A stretch of DNA of 64,000 bases from Candidatus Binataceae bacterium (GCA_963803045.1 CAWDLC010000036.1:1545-65544), one strand, 5' to 3'. Counted from the first letter of the stretch, positions 38,612 through 48,878 are shown. Notes: generated by a model from the sequence alone, not told the origin. Program-made: numbers and translations.

Positions 38612-39385
38612 CTATCTTCGGGAGCCGGGAGCGGAACGTGGATCGACGATCCGGCGGCCAGTCGGGCGAATTTCCAGCGCGCATCCGAACAGCGAATCGT
38701 CGCGCACGAGGCTCACGACTGCGTCGGCGATTTCCTCGGGTTGAATTATTTTCGTCGGCATCCAGCTCTTGATACCAAGTTTCGCGGCCGCCTCGAGTCC
38801 CTTGCGCACCAACGGAGTATCGACGATTCCCGGGCAGATGCAGTTGACGCGGATTTTCCGTTCCGCTTCCCAGAACGCCAGGGAATGCGTGAAGTTCACG
38901 ACACCGCCCTTGGCCGCACCATAAACCGCGTCCTGGCGATGCGGATACAAGCCGGCCATTGAGGCCGTGTTGATGATGGCACCGCCGCCGTTTTTTTGCA
39001 TCAGCGGAGCCGCAAGCCCGGTGCCGAGAATGACCGCCTGCAGATCGATCTCGATCACCAGGTGCCATCGCTCCGGCGGTGCTTCGGGAAAGCCGGGCGC
39101 GCCGACGCCGATGCCGGCGTTGTTGTGCAGGATGTCGAGGCGGCCGAACCTGGAGACCGCGGTGTCGAGCATCCGGCGAGCGTCCTCGAGCCTGGTGACG
39201 TCTGCTTTCACAAAAACGGCACGCCCGCCCGCGCTCTCGATTCGCTTGACGGTTTCGGCGCCGCCGGCTTCGTCGAGATCGGCGACCACAATCGCGGCGC
39301 CTTCTTTCGCCAATCGCTCTGCCGTCGCACGCCCGATCCCCGATGAGCCGCCGGTGATGACACCGACCTTTCCTTTTATTTCCAT
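38612..39385 (-). CDS. SDR family oxidoreductase
   Basis: TGGSSGIG, NNAGI, YGAAKGG (YxxxK), CPGIVDT. Confidence 0.95.
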   Translation of the reverse strand: MEIKGKVGVITGGSSGIGRATAERLAKEGAAIVVADLDEAGGAETVKRIESAGGRAVFVKADVTRLEDARRMLDTAVSRFGRLDILHNNAGIGVGAPGFPEAPPERWHLVIEIDLQAVILGTGLAAPLMQKNGGGAIINTASMAGLYPHRQDAVYGAAKGGVVNFTHSLAFWEAERKIRVNCICPGIVDTPLVRKGLEAAAKLGIKSWMPTKIIQPEEIADAVVSLVRDDSLFGCALEIRPTGRRIVDPRSAPGSRR

Positions 39386-39418
39386 TGTGCGATCCTCCGT
39401 CCGAATACTAATCGATCA

Positions 39419-39808
39419 CTAACCGACACTCCCTGCCAGCGCACCAACGATCAACCCTGCGAGCACGTAAGCCGTAAGAGCAACATACGTGTAGTCGCGT
39501 TCCCTGATGAAGAGGATGAAGCAGAACGCGACGCGCGCGAGCGGGACCAACGTCAGCACGAACAGCCCGATCGTCAGAACCGCATGCGGATTGCCTTGCC
39601 GAACCCTGTCAAACAACAGGCCCAACGTTTCCTTGCCGATCAGCTGACCATGCTGCGCCGCCTGGTAGCGCTCGACATAGTAGTCCGGGGCGAAGGTGTA
39701 GGTCAGGACGAGTCCGGCGCCGAGTACGACCATCGCGGCGATGAGAATCGATCGCAGCAGGATCGGCGTCCATTCCCTGAGTATCCGGTCTTCTTCCCGT
39801 TCCGGCAT
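39419..39808 (-). CDS. DUF1634 family membrane protein
   Basis: Three hydrophobic segments, GLFVLTLVPLARV..F..ERD; follows a TauE gene. Confidence 0.8.
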   Translation of the reverse strand: MPEREEDRILREWTPILLRSILIAAMVVLGAGLVLTYTFAPDYYVERYQAAQHGQLIGKETLGLLFDRVRQGNPHAVLTIGLFVLTLVPLARVAFCFILFIRERDYTYVALTAYVLAGLIVGALAGSVG

Positions 39809-39811
39809 CGC

Positions 39812-40639
39812 TTAGATCCCCGACAATGCGCGCCATCCCATCTCGACCGCGATCAGCAGAAGAATTATCACGAATACGGTCCGGAGCGACTCGACCTTGA
39901 GATGGGGCAGGACGCGGCTGCCGGCGAGCGCCCCGGCCGTGACTCCGATCGCCACCGGGGCCGCGATGGTGGTGGCAACGTCGCCACGCGCGAGGAACAC
40001 GAGTGCGCCGGCGCCGGCAGTGACGCCAATCATGAAGTTGCTGGTCGCGCTCGAAACCTTGAGCGGCAGGTGCATGATGTAGTCCATCGCCATCACCTTG
40101 AGCGCGCCCGACCCGATCCCGAGCAGACCCGACATCAGGCCCGCGACGACCATGAGAGCGCCGCCCTGCGGTACTTTCACGACTTCATAATGGACCAGGT
40201 TGCCGCTGAGGTCAGGCACTTCGCCTGAGAGCTCGAGGCGCTCGGCAAGCGGGTCGCCCTCGGTGAGGATGTCGTCGCCGCGCTTGCTCATCGTGAAGTA
40301 TGCCGACTGGAGCATCATGGCGGCGAAGAGCAACTCGAGCACCACGGCCGGCACGACGCCGGCGAGATAGGCGCCGATCACGGCGCCGGTAACAGTCGCG
40401 CATTCCAGCACCATCGCGACTTTCAGGTTGGTCCACCCGTCGCGCACGAATGCGACGCTGGCTCCGGCGCTGGTCGCGACAACCGAGATCAGGCTCGCGC
40501 CAACGGCGACCTTCATCGGCATGTGCGCCACGATGACCAGCGCGGGCACGATGAAGACCCCGCCGCCGAGACCCGACATCGCGCCGATGAATCCGGCGCC
40601 GACTGCAAGCGCCAACAGGTCGATGAGGATTTCGAGCAA
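39812..40639 (-). CDS. Sulfite exporter TauE/SafE family protein
   Basis: GLGGGVFIVP, ASLISVVATS, SGLLGIGSG, KVSSATSNFMIGVTA. Confidence 0.93.
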   Translation of the reverse strand: MLEILIDLLALAVGAGFIGAMSGLGGGVFIVPALVIVAHMPMKVAVGASLISVVATSAGASVAFVRDGWTNLKVAMVLECATVTGAVIGAYLAGVVPAVVLELLFAAMMLQSAYFTMSKRGDDILTEGDPLAERLELSGEVPDLSGNLVHYEVVKVPQGGALMVVAGLMSGLLGIGSGALKVMAMDYIMHLPLKVSSATSNFMIGVTAGAGALVFLARGDVATTIAAPVAIGVTAGALAGSRVLPHLKVESLRTVFVIILLLIAVEMGWRALSGI

Positions 40640-40699
40640 GAACAGGCTCCGAGTGCAGTTTGGTTCGATTGAGAAAGACAGACGCGGAACGAAGATGAA

Positions 40700-41509
40700 C
40701 TACACGGGACGAGGGTTGAGAATTTCAAACGTGCGCCGGGGACTGTTGCGCAGTCCACGCTCGATGTCGTCGGTAATCTCGCGCACGGCGCGCAGCGGCT
40801 CGGCAGCGCGCCAGATGGGACTGCCGACGACGACGTAGTCGGCGCCTGCGCGGATCGCATCGGCGGCGGTGATCGCATGCGAGGCCGGGAAGGCTGCCTC
40901 GGGCAGCCGCACGCCCGACGTCACGATAATGAATCGGCGTCCGCAAGCGCTGCGCACGTGCGTGACTTCATGCGGCCAGGTGACGACGCCGTCGAGTGAG
41001 GCTCCCGCGGCGAAGCGCGCGATCTCCATGACCCGGTCGGGCGATCCGACAGAGCGCGGGCTTGAATTTGCGGACTTCAGATCCGCGAGCATCGCGACCG
41101 CCAGAATACTCGGCCGCCGAAGCCCCTCGGTCCGGCAAATACGCGCGACCTCCGCCCGCGTCCGGGTCATCATGTCGGTCGAGCCGCAGGTCGAACCGTA
41201 CGGGTGGATGTCGAACATCTTGACGCCCAGCCGCGTCGCCTCGACCGCGGCGCGCAGCACCTTTTGCGGGCTGTCGTGAAACTTGAGGTCGAGAAAAACT
41301 TCGGCGCCGCGCCGGCGAATCTCGCGAATGAAATCAGGGCCGCCACCGACAAACAGCGCGCGCCCGACTTTGAACATCCCGACCGCTCGTGCGAGGCGGT
41401 CCACCAGTTTGAGTGCGCCATCCCGGTCGCGCAGGTCGAGCGACACGATCAGCCGCTCGCGCAGCGCTCCTTGTCGTATCAGACCCGAAAATGGCCAGTA
41501 CTGGGTCAT
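40700..41509 (-). CDS. pyrF: Orotidine-5'-phosphate decarboxylase-like protein (divergent)
   Basis: IVSLD, FKVG, FLDLKFHD, AIRAGADYVVVG; substrate and phosphate-binding motifs altered. Confidence 0.7.
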   Translation of the reverse strand: MTQYWPFSGLIRQGALRERLIVSLDLRDRDGALKLVDRLARAVGMFKVGRALFVGGGPDFIREIRRRGAEVFLDLKFHDSPQKVLRAAVEATRLGVKMFDIHPYGSTCGSTDMMTRTRAEVARICRTEGLRRPSILAVAMLADLKSANSSPRSVGSPDRVMEIARFAAGASLDGVVTWPHEVTHVRSACGRRFIIVTSGVRLPEAAFPASHAITAADAIRAGADYVVVGSPIWRAAEPLRAVREITDDIERGLRNSPRRTFEILNPRPV

Positions 41510-41729
41510 TGAATCCTTTCATCGCGGGCAATCCGGCCAGCTTGCTTCTGAAAATATGCCGATCGCGGTCGAAGTCAAGGAACAGAGAAAGCGGAGCGGA
41601 AGCGGCGCGGCGACTAAACCTCGGATGCAGCGCGGAGACTGCACCGTCGCGACTGCACCCAGCCGTCGCGCACGACCGAGCGATCGTTGAAATCCGCACG
41701 AATACGCGGTTTTTGGCGCAATCGGGCCT

Positions 41730-41745
41730 CGGCATCGGCTTTGCT
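41730..41745 (+). promoter_or_regulatory. Sigma54 (-24/-12) promoter
   Basis: CGGCATCGGCTTTGCT matches GG-N10-GC with TTGC; about 115 bp upstream of the kinase gene. Confidence 0.7.
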
Positions 41746-41858
41746 CCTAGAACTCAGGACGAGGTCAGCACTGGCAGATGGCATCGATTGTCTTAGTTCT
41801 GGCGACTACGATAGGTCAATTACACGGACCGGCATTTCCGGCCCCCAGGTGAAGCAAG

Positions 41859-43370
41859 ATGTGGGGCATCTTTTTAATAGCGCTAATCATTTACGCCGTC
41901 GTCCAACATCGAAAACGAAAACGGCTGCGCTGGATGAAATGGGGCGACGGCGGCGACTGGTCGAAGCACGGCGACTGGTCAAAGTGGTCGCACCGTGACT
42001 GGTCGAAGTGGACGGCAGACGCGAAGGCCTCGGCGACGGCGTCGGCTGAGCGCTTCGCAAACGACCTTCATTCCAAAATAAAGCGCGACTTCGACAGCAA
42101 GATGGCGCGCAAGTTCGAGGCCAAGGCCGAGCGATTCGAGCGCAAGCTGCGGGCGCGATTCGATCGCCAGACGCAGAAATACAGCGGCGTCAGCCTGGAT
42201 CCCGCGCAAGATTTGCCGCCGCCGCAGTTCAAGAACGACGCCGAGCGCCAGACTTACGAGCGCGCGCACAAACGCGCCCAGGCCGAGGCGGGTTTCTTCG
42301 TGCACCTGATGTGGTACGGCATCATCATCGGCTTCCTGTTCGTCATCAATCTGCTGACGGGCGGGTTCGGCGGATATCCGTGGTTCCTGTGGCCGGCGCT
42401 CTTCTGGGGATTTGGAATCGCGAGCCACTTTGCGGCGGTGTACGGCTGGCGATGGGTTCATCAGCGGGTTTTCCAACCTGCGATCGCACGCGAAGTTCAG
42501 CGCGAAGTCTTGCAGGAGAAAGAGCAACTGCGGACGGAGAAGCAGGCGTCGCTGGACGAGTTGACCGCGACCTTTGCCCACGAAATCCGAAACCCGATCG
42601 CGGCGGCGAAGAGCCTGGTGCAGCAGATGGGCGAGGATCCGACCTCGCACGAGAACGTCGAATACGCGAAGGTTGCGCTCGACGAGCTCGCACGCGTCGA
42701 GCGCAGCGTGTCGCATCTGCTCAAATACGCGAAAGAAGAAGGCTACAAGTTCGAAAACGTCAATCTTGCGTGGGTGCTCGACGGCGCGCTGACGCAGATG
42801 CGCAGCAAACTGGAGGCGAACTCGGTGGCGGTGTCGCGCGCGTACCTGAGCGGTCCGACCGTGCGCGCCGACGCCGACAAGCTGCGGCAGGTTTTTTCGA
42901 ACATCATCGACAACGCCATCGACGCGATGGAATCGGCGAGCGGCGAGCGCCGGCTCGAGTTGGCGATACAGAACAATGGTGCGGGAATGGCGGCGGTCAG
43001 GATTCGCGACAACGGCTGCGGAATTGCGGACGACAAGATCGCCAAGATTTTCAACCCGTTCTACACGTCGAAGACCAACGGCACCGGGCTTGGGCTGGGC
43101 GTCGCGAAAAAAGTAATCGACGCGCATCGTGGAACGATCGAGGTGCAAAGCAAACTGGGCAATGGAACCGAATTCGTGCTGGCGATTCCGCTCAGCGACG
43201 CGGTGCGCGATAGCGCCGATTCATCGATCGAATCGCCCACAGCAGACCTGGCCGGCGAAACGGCCGGGGAACCGGCGCCGGCAAACAACGGTCGCAGCGC
43301 GGTCGCCGCGCCGATCGTCGCGCTGGGATCGGGCGCGCCGTCCACCGAGAGCTCGAGGGCACGCAATTGA
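41859..43370 (+). CDS. Sensor histidine kinase with N-terminal TM helix and 2TM domain
   Basis: GFFVHL...[17 protein letters not shown] (2TM); FAHEIRNP H-box; [27 protein letters not shown]. Confidence 0.93.
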   Translation: MWGIFLIALIIYAVVQHRKRKRLRWMKWGDGGDWSKHGDWSKWSHRDWSKWTADAKASATASAERFANDLHSKIKRDFDSKMARKFEAKAERFERKLRARFDRQTQKYSGVSLDPAQDLPPPQFKNDAERQTYERAHKRAQAEAGFFVHLMWYGIIIGFLFVINLLTGGFGGYPWFLWPALFWGFGIASHFAAVYGWRWVHQRVFQPAIAREVQREVLQEKEQLRTEKQASLDELTATFAHEIRNPIAAAKSLVQQMGEDPTSHENVEYAKVALDELARVERSVSHLLKYAKEEGYKFENVNLAWVLDGALTQMRSKLEANSVAVSRAYLSGPTVRADADKLRQVFSNIIDNAIDAMESASGERRLELAIQNNGAGMAAVRIRDNGCGIADDKIAKIFNPFYTSKTNGTGLGLGVAKKVIDAHRGTIEVQSKLGNGTEFVLAIPLSDAVRDSADSSIESPTADLAGETAGEPAPANNGRSAVAAPIVALGSGAPSTESSRARN

Positions 43371-44821
43371 AAGGCCGATTGCTGGTAGTTGACGACGAGC
43401 ACGGAATCGTCATCGCGCTCAAGGGGCTCTTCACCAAGGAGGGCTACGAGGTCGAGACCGCGCAGTCGGGCGAGGAAGCGCTCGACAAGGTCAAGGCCGG
43501 CCTGTTCCACGTGATCATCACCGATCTGAGCATGAAGGGAATGAGCGGGCTCGAATTGCTCAAGCAGGTCCGCGAACTCGATCCCGCGTGCGCCGTGCTG
43601 ATGATCACCGCGTTCGGTACGCAGCGAATCGCAGTCGAAGCGATGAAGGCGGGGGCGGAGGACTACCTGCCCAAGCCGTTCGACAACGACGAGCTGCGCC
43701 TGAAAGTGCGCAAGGTGATGGAGACGCAGCTGCTCAAGCGCGCGCATAGCCAGCTGCTCGAACAGGTGCGTCTGGAGACCGGAGTTTTCGAGAATATGGT
43801 CGGCAGATCGCGCGCGATGATGCGCGTGTTCGAGACGATCGACAAGGTCGCGCCGACCGACGTCACGGTTTTGATACGCGGCGAGTCCGGCACCGGCAAG
43901 GAGCTGGTCGCACGCGCGATCCATTTTCGAAGTCCGCGCGCGCGCAAGCCGTTTATCGCGGTCAATTGCGCGGCGTTCTCGCGCGAGCTGGTCGAGAGCG
44001 AGCTGTTCGGCCACGAAAAAGGCGCGTTTACCGGCGCCGTCGCGCGTCGCGAAGGCAAATTCGAAGCGGCCGACGGCGGCACCTTGTTCCTGGACGAAAT
44101 CGGCGACATGGCGCTCGAGACGCAGGCCAAATTGCTGCGCGTGCTGCAGGAGCAGCGGTTCGAGCGGATCGGCGGGAATCAACCGCTGAGCGTGGACGTG
44201 CGGATAATCGCGGCGACCAATCAGGACCTCGAAGCGATGATAGCTCTGGGGAAGTTTCGCGAGGATCTCTACTACCGCCTGAAGGTGGTGGAGATTCGGG
44301 TGCCACCGATTCGCGAGCGGCGCGAAGACATTGCGCTGATGGTCCAGCACTTCATCGCGGAGGCATGCCAACGTTTCTCCGCGCCCAAAAAGCAGCTTAC
44401 GGCAGAGGCGATGCGCGCGTGTGTCGAGGCGCCGTGGAAAGGCAACGCGCGTTCGCTCAAGGCGGCAATCGAGCAGGCGGTGATCCTGTCGTCCGGCGCC
44501 GAGATCACCGCGGAAGATCTTTTCGCCGGCTCGGAACCGGATGGCGACCGCGCGAGTTCGCCGGCGCTGGGCGTGTCGAATCACGCATCTGCGCTAGGCG
44601 AAGGCGCCGACTCGGCGCTGACGTTTCGCGAGGCGAAAGAAAAATTCGTCGGCGATTGGGAACGCGAGTTTTTCGTCCGCGCGCTGCGGGCGACCGGCGG
44701 CAATATCTCGCGTGCCGCAGAACGAACCGGGATCTACCGGCAAAGCTTTCAACAAAAAATGCGCGAACTGGGGATCACACTCGCGGATATCGGGCTCGCG
44801 CCCAAGGGTGACGGGAATTGA
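43367..44821 (+). CDS. Sigma54-dependent NtrC-family response regulator
   Basis: Receiver VVDDE / ITDLSM / KPF; [39 protein letters not shown]; Fis [11 protein letters not shown]. Confidence 0.96.
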   Translation: MKGRLLVVDDEHGIVIALKGLFTKEGYEVETAQSGEEALDKVKAGLFHVIITDLSMKGMSGLELLKQVRELDPACAVLMITAFGTQRIAVEAMKAGAEDYLPKPFDNDELRLKVRKVMETQLLKRAHSQLLEQVRLETGVFENMVGRSRAMMRVFETIDKVAPTDVTVLIRGESGTGKELVARAIHFRSPRARKPFIAVNCAAFSRELVESELFGHEKGAFTGAVARREGKFEAADGGTLFLDEIGDMALETQAKLLRVLQEQRFERIGGNQPLSVDVRIIAATNQDLEAMIALGKFREDLYYRLKVVEIRVPPIRERREDIALMVQHFIAEACQRFSAPKKQLTAEAMRACVEAPWKGNARSLKAAIEQAVILSSGAEITAEDLFAGSEPDGDRASSPALGVSNHASALGEGADSALTFREAKEKFVGDWEREFFVRALRATGGNISRAAERTGIYRQSFQQKMRELGITLADIGLAPKGDGN

Positions 44822-44849
44822 TTTCGCGCAGATATGGAGACGGTAAGCG

Positions 44850-45332
44850 ATGAACTCGACTGAACCTCAGTCCCCGAGCAATACGCTCACGACCATGAAA
44901 ATTTATCCTCCCCTGCTGGCGGCTGCGCTGGTGCTGGGCACGCTGGTGCTGCACTTCATCCTGCCCGAGGAGCGCTCGGTGGGATGGTATCAGGCGATCG
45001 GCCTGCTGGTGGTTGCGGCCGGCGTGGGAGTGTCGTGTTTCGCGGTCGCGATTTTCCACGCCCGCGGGACGACCAGGAATCCGTACGGCGAGCCGGCCGC
45101 CTTCGTCGCTCAGGCGCCGTACACCTGGACGCGAAACCCCATGTACCTGGGCCTCGCGACCGCGCTGATCGGACTGGCAATCTTCTTCAGTTCGATCGCG
45201 ATGTTGCTGGCGCCGGCGGTGTTCTTTGCGGTGATCGATCGGATGGTAATTCCCCGCGAGGAGGAGACGATGGAGCGGCTCTTCGGCCAGGATTACGCCG
45301 ATTACAAGAATCGCGTCAGACGTTGGATCTGA
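44850..45332 (+). CDS. Isoprenylcysteine carboxylmethyltransferase / PEMT family membrane methyltransferase
   Basis: YPP, PYTWTRNPMYLG, REE...FGQDYADYKNRVRRWI. Confidence 0.9.
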   Translation: MNSTEPQSPSNTLTTMKIYPPLLAAALVLGTLVLHFILPEERSVGWYQAIGLLVVAAGVGVSCFAVAIFHARGTTRNPYGEPAAFVAQAPYTWTRNPMYLGLATALIGLAIFFSSIAMLLAPAVFFAVIDRMVIPREEETMERLFGQDYADYKNRVRRWI

Positions 45333-45397
45333 AAAAAACTTCAGCAACAGGCGGCTGCGCGGGCGAATCGCGCTCGGGGCCGAAAAGGAGAACGGAA

Positions 45398-46138
45398 GTG
45401 TTATCAAGATTATTCAAATTGATCGGAGGCAAGTTCAGCCGCTGGATTAAAGCGCGCGAGGCGCGCGACCCCGAGGCGGTGTACGAATCCGCCATCTCGG
45501 ATCGAATCCGGCGCTATCATCAGCTCAAGACCGCGGCGGCTGGCGTTATCTACATGCGCAACAAACTCGAGCGCGAGCTGCGTGAAAAGCTCGCCGAGAT
45601 GAAGGAAGTCGATGAAGAAGCGGGGCAGGCCGCCGATATGAACGAGGATCAATGCGCGCTGATTCTGATTCAGCGCAAGCACATCCTCGACGGCGATTGC
45701 ACGCGGCTCGGCGAAGAGCTCGGCGAACTGACTTCGGAAGCCGAGGACGCGAAGAAGAATTTGATCGCGTTCAAGGGCGAGATCGAGAAGCTCAAGATCG
45801 AAAAGGTGCGAATGATCGCGCGGCTGAAGAACGCGCAGGCGCGGGTGCGAATCCAGCGTGCGCTCGAGGAGATTTCGTACGACGACGACGTCCGCGCGCT
45901 CGAAGAAGTGCGCGAGTCGGTTCAGCGGATGCTCGCGCAGGCGGGCGTCAATCGCGAAATCGCCGACTCTGAACTCGGCGACAAGCTCGAGGCGATCCGT
46001 CAGCGCAACGCCGAGGCCAGGGCCGAGGCCGAGCTGGCGGACTTGAAGCGCAAACGCCGGCCGCCGCTGGCGCCGATGGATATTTTCACCGCCGCAGCCG
46101 ACGCGGCCGCCAACGGCGACCTCAAGCACGCGAGCTGA
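45398..46138 (+). CDS. pspA: PspA/IM30 family (bacterial ESCRT-III) protein
   Basis: AAGGAG RBS plus GTG; amphipathic N-helix LSRLFKLIGGKF, DPE motif, long coiled coil, ARLKNAQAR, AEAELADLK. Confidence 0.82.
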   Translation: MLSRLFKLIGGKFSRWIKAREARDPEAVYESAISDRIRRYHQLKTAAAGVIYMRNKLERELREKLAEMKEVDEEAGQAADMNEDQCALILIQRKHILDGDCTRLGEELGELTSEAEDAKKNLIAFKGEIEKLKIEKVRMIARLKNAQARVRIQRALEEISYDDDVRALEEVRESVQRMLAQAGVNREIADSELGDKLEAIRQRNAEARAEAELADLKRKRRPPLAPMDIFTAAADAAANGDLKHAS

Positions 46139-46187
46139 AACGCGCAGACGCGAGCAGCGCGGCTTCGCGCCACCAGCGCCTGGCGCG

Positions 46188-47471
46188 TCAGCGGCGGAGC
46201 ACCGTCGAATCCGCGATCGGCAAACCCAGCGCGTAGCGCCGCAGCCAGTCGAGCGCGACCTGCGAGGTGATCAGTTTCACCCAGTCGCGGGTGCCGCGGA
46301 ACTGGTATCGGCGCGTGAAGCTCTGATCGTCGGCTGACAGCGCGATGCAGACCGTGCCGACCGGCTTGTCCGGTGTGCCGCCGTCGGGGCCTGCGATTCC
46401 CGAGGTCGCGACCGAGACGCTCGCTCCCGTGCGCTTGCGAACGCCGGCCGCCATCTCGCGTACGCATTCCTCGCTCACGGCGCCGTGCGCTTTCAGCGTC
46501 TGCTGCGAAACGCCGAGCACGCCCGACTTCACGTCGTTGGAATAGGTGACGAGGTCGCCCTTGAAATATTGCGAGCAGCCGGGGACGTTGGTGATGCGAT
46601 GTCCGATTAGGCCGCCGGTGCATGATTCGGCGACCGCCAGGGTAAGTTTCTTTTCTATGAACAGGCGGCCGACGACTTCCTCCATCGAGGTGTCGCCTTC
46701 GGCGTAAACGAACTGCGAGATTTTCTCGCGCACCCGCTGCGATAATTCTTCGACCCTGCGATCGACTTCGCCGGGTTGTCCCTCCACTCTGATCTTCAGC
46801 GAAATCTGCGGGAAGCTCGCGCGGAACGAGACCTTGGCCTCTTGCGGTTTGATCAATCCCGCCACCGCTTCGTCCAGTGCCGACTCGCTCATTCCGAAGG
46901 TCTGGAAGGCGCGTACCGCATAAACTTTGTCGGTGCCGCGATTGCCGGAGATCCACGGTAGCACCGTATTTTCCATCATCGGTTTCATTTCGCGGGGCAC
47001 GCCGGGCAGGACGATCAAATGCGCGCTATGGCCGCCGAGAGTGACCGGCATCCTGAACCCCGGCGCCGTGCCGAGCGGATTCTGAATGACGGTCGCGCGC
47101 TCGGGAAAGAGCGCCTGCTTGAGATTGTTCTCGGGCATCACGCGGCCACCCGTCGCAAACAAGCGCTTCATGAGTTCGACGGTGGCCTCGTCGCGCCACA
47201 ATTTCACGCCCGCGACGCGCGCAACGGTTTCGGTGGTCAGGTCGTCGGCGGTCGGTCCGATGCCGCCGGTCGAGATCACGATGTCGCCCATCCCGATGGC
47301 TGTGCGCCATGCCCATTCCAGACGGTCGGGAACGTCGCCGACCGTAATCACCGCGACGAGATCGATTCCAATTTCCGAGAGCTTGTCGCAAAGGTAGTTG
47401 GCGTTGGTATCGACGACCTTGCCGCCGGTGATTTCATCGCCGGTTGAAAGAATCACAGCGCTTTGAATCAT
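46188..47471 (-). CDS. cinA: Competence/damage-inducible protein CinA
   Basis: GDEITGG..DTNA, TGGIGPTADDLT, LPGVPREM, AESCTGG, GAVS, TSGIAGPDGG. Confidence 0.95.
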   Translation of the reverse strand: MIQSAVILSTGDEITGGKVVDTNANYLCDKLSEIGIDLVAVITVGDVPDRLEWAWRTAIGMGDIVISTGGIGPTADDLTTETVARVAGVKLWRDEATVELMKRLFATGGRVMPENNLKQALFPERATVIQNPLGTAPGFRMPVTLGGHSAHLIVLPGVPREMKPMMENTVLPWISGNRGTDKVYAVRAFQTFGMSESALDEAVAGLIKPQEAKVSFRASFPQISLKIRVEGQPGEVDRRVEELSQRVREKISQFVYAEGDTSMEEVVGRLFIEKKLTLAVAESCTGGLIGHRITNVPGCSQYFKGDLVTYSNDVKSGVLGVSQQTLKAHGAVSEECVREMAAGVRKRTGASVSVATSGIAGPDGGTPDKPVGTVCIALSADDQSFTRRYQFRGTRDWVKLITSQVALDWLRRYALGLPIADSTVLRR

Positions 47472-47497
47472 CGCGAACTCCTTGCAGGCGCGTACGT

Positions 47498-47959
47498 TCA
47501 GAGCACGCGCACGATCACCTGCAGCACAATATTCGCATAAATCGCCGCCGCCAAATCATCCAGCATGACGCCTGCGCCGTTGCGCATGCGGCGATCGATC
47601 AGGTCCGCCGGCCACGGTTTAATCACGTCGGCCACTCGAAACAGAATGAATCCCAGCATCAGATAGCCGAACGTGAGGGGATTGCCGAACATCGTGGCGG
47701 CCATACCGAGCACTTCGTCGATCACGATGCGCGGATCGTCGTGCTGATCGAATATTTTCTCGGCGCGATCGGAAATCCAGCACGAGATCGCAAACGCGAT
47801 CGCGAAGACAATCAAACATAGCGGATGCGAATGCTTCCAGAGCGGCCCGAACCCCAGCCATACGACGGCCAGCCCGACCACCGAGCCTGCGGTTCCCGGC
47901 GCAATCGGAGAGTAGCCGGAATAGATTCCAGTGCCGAAGAAGATTATGAGCCAGCGCAT
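47498..47959 (-). CDS. pgpA: Phosphatidylglycerophosphatase A
   Basis: PIAPGTAGS, DDPRIVIDEVLG, FRVADVIKPWP, GVMLDDLAA. Confidence 0.95.
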   Translation of the reverse strand: MRWLIIFFGTGIYSGYSPIAPGTAGSVVGLAVVWLGFGPLWKHSHPLCLIVFAIAFAISCWISDRAEKIFDQHDDPRIVIDEVLGMAATMFGNPLTFGYLMLGFILFRVADVIKPWPADLIDRRMRNGAGVMLDDLAAAIYANIVLQVIVRVL

Positions 47960-48059
47960 CGGGTAAAACGGACCCCGCGAAGATAGCATGGCGGGCCGCA
48001 GCGGGGTAAGTGCGATCGAGTGCGCGGGCCGCAGATGCAGGAACACCCGCGACAAGCAG

Positions 48060-48878
48060 CTAGCTGGTAGTCAAGGTTACAGGGTCTTCTTCGGCGCCGA
48101 CCTCGACCGAGGCGACCCCTTCGATCGTTTGCGCGACTCCGATCACGAGATCGTCCCACGGCGGCACCAGTCCGGGACCGCTCACGCGCACGCATCCCGC
48201 CGAGCAACTGACCGACATCTGCGCGTTGCGAATTTTCGGATGCGCCACTAATGCTGCATGGACCTGCGCTGCGATCGCGGCGTCGCGCATCAATTTCGTT
48301 CGCTCCGGGTTGCCCTCGTTGTCGATATGAGTCGCGAGCGCCGCAAGGGTGCTCGCGTGCAATCCCAGCGAAAGGCGCGCGGTGTTGATAACCAGGTCGT
48401 AAATCGCGGCGTCGTCTATATCCTGCCCGAACAGACTCTGAGTGCGCGCCCTCACTTCCGTGTCGAAGTCGCGAAGGCGCTTGTCCGCCGCCGCCACTGC
48501 GAGGTTCTCGTCTTTCGCCACCTGTTTGATGCGCTCGGCCACCGGAGCCATCGTGCGCACCCTGATGCCGTATCCACCTTCCGGGAGAAAATGCGCCGAA
48601 CCGCGTCCTGCGACGACGATCCGGTCTTGCGCGGCCGCTTGCAGGAAAACGGCGCGATAGTACGCGGCGAAACGGCTGCTCTCGGTCTTCCGCTCCCAGA
48701 AATGGGGAGCGCGTACGTCAAACCATTTCATCTGCTCGGCGCTCACGTTGAAGCGCTTCGCCGTTTCGGCGATCAGTTGCTCACCGGTCTGAAACCGATA
48801 ACCGAGTTCCCGCGCCGCGAGTTCACCGAGCTCGATGCCCCTGCTGCCTATCTGTTGGCTGATCGCGATAACCGCCAT
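48060..48878 (-). CDS. Cytidylate kinase-like protein with C-terminal BON domain
   Basis: IAISQQIGSRG, VVAGRG, YDLVINT; C-terminal BON-like domain. Confidence 0.8.
   Translation of the reverse strand: MAVIAISQQIGSRGIELGELAARELGYRFQTGEQLIAETAKRFNVSAEQMKWFDVRAPHFWERKTESSRFAAYYRAVFLQAAAQDRIVVAGRGSAHFLPEGGYGIRVRTMAPVAERIKQVAKDENLAVAAADKRLRDFDTEVRARTQSLFGQDIDDAAIYDLVINTARLSLGLHASTLAALATHIDNEGNPERTKLMRDAAIAAQVHAALVAHPKIRNAQMSVSCSAGCVRVSGPGLVPPWDDLVIGVAQTIEGVASVEVGAEEDPVTLTTS

Noticed and set aside
41979-44584. Long antisense ORFs (e.g. 43061-44584, 41979-43148; also 58799-60136)
   Set aside because: These are shadows of high-GC coding genes on the opposite strand, with no recognisable motifs.
44984-45397. 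Long N-terminal extension of PspA (384-aa ORF)
   Set aside because: It overlaps the methyltransferase gene in another frame; the AAGGAG RBS supports the GTG at 45398.
30930-46138. Ycf46-like AAA ATPase as a Vps4-like partner of PspA
   Set aside because: The genes are about 13 kb apart in separate operons and no MIT domain is visible.
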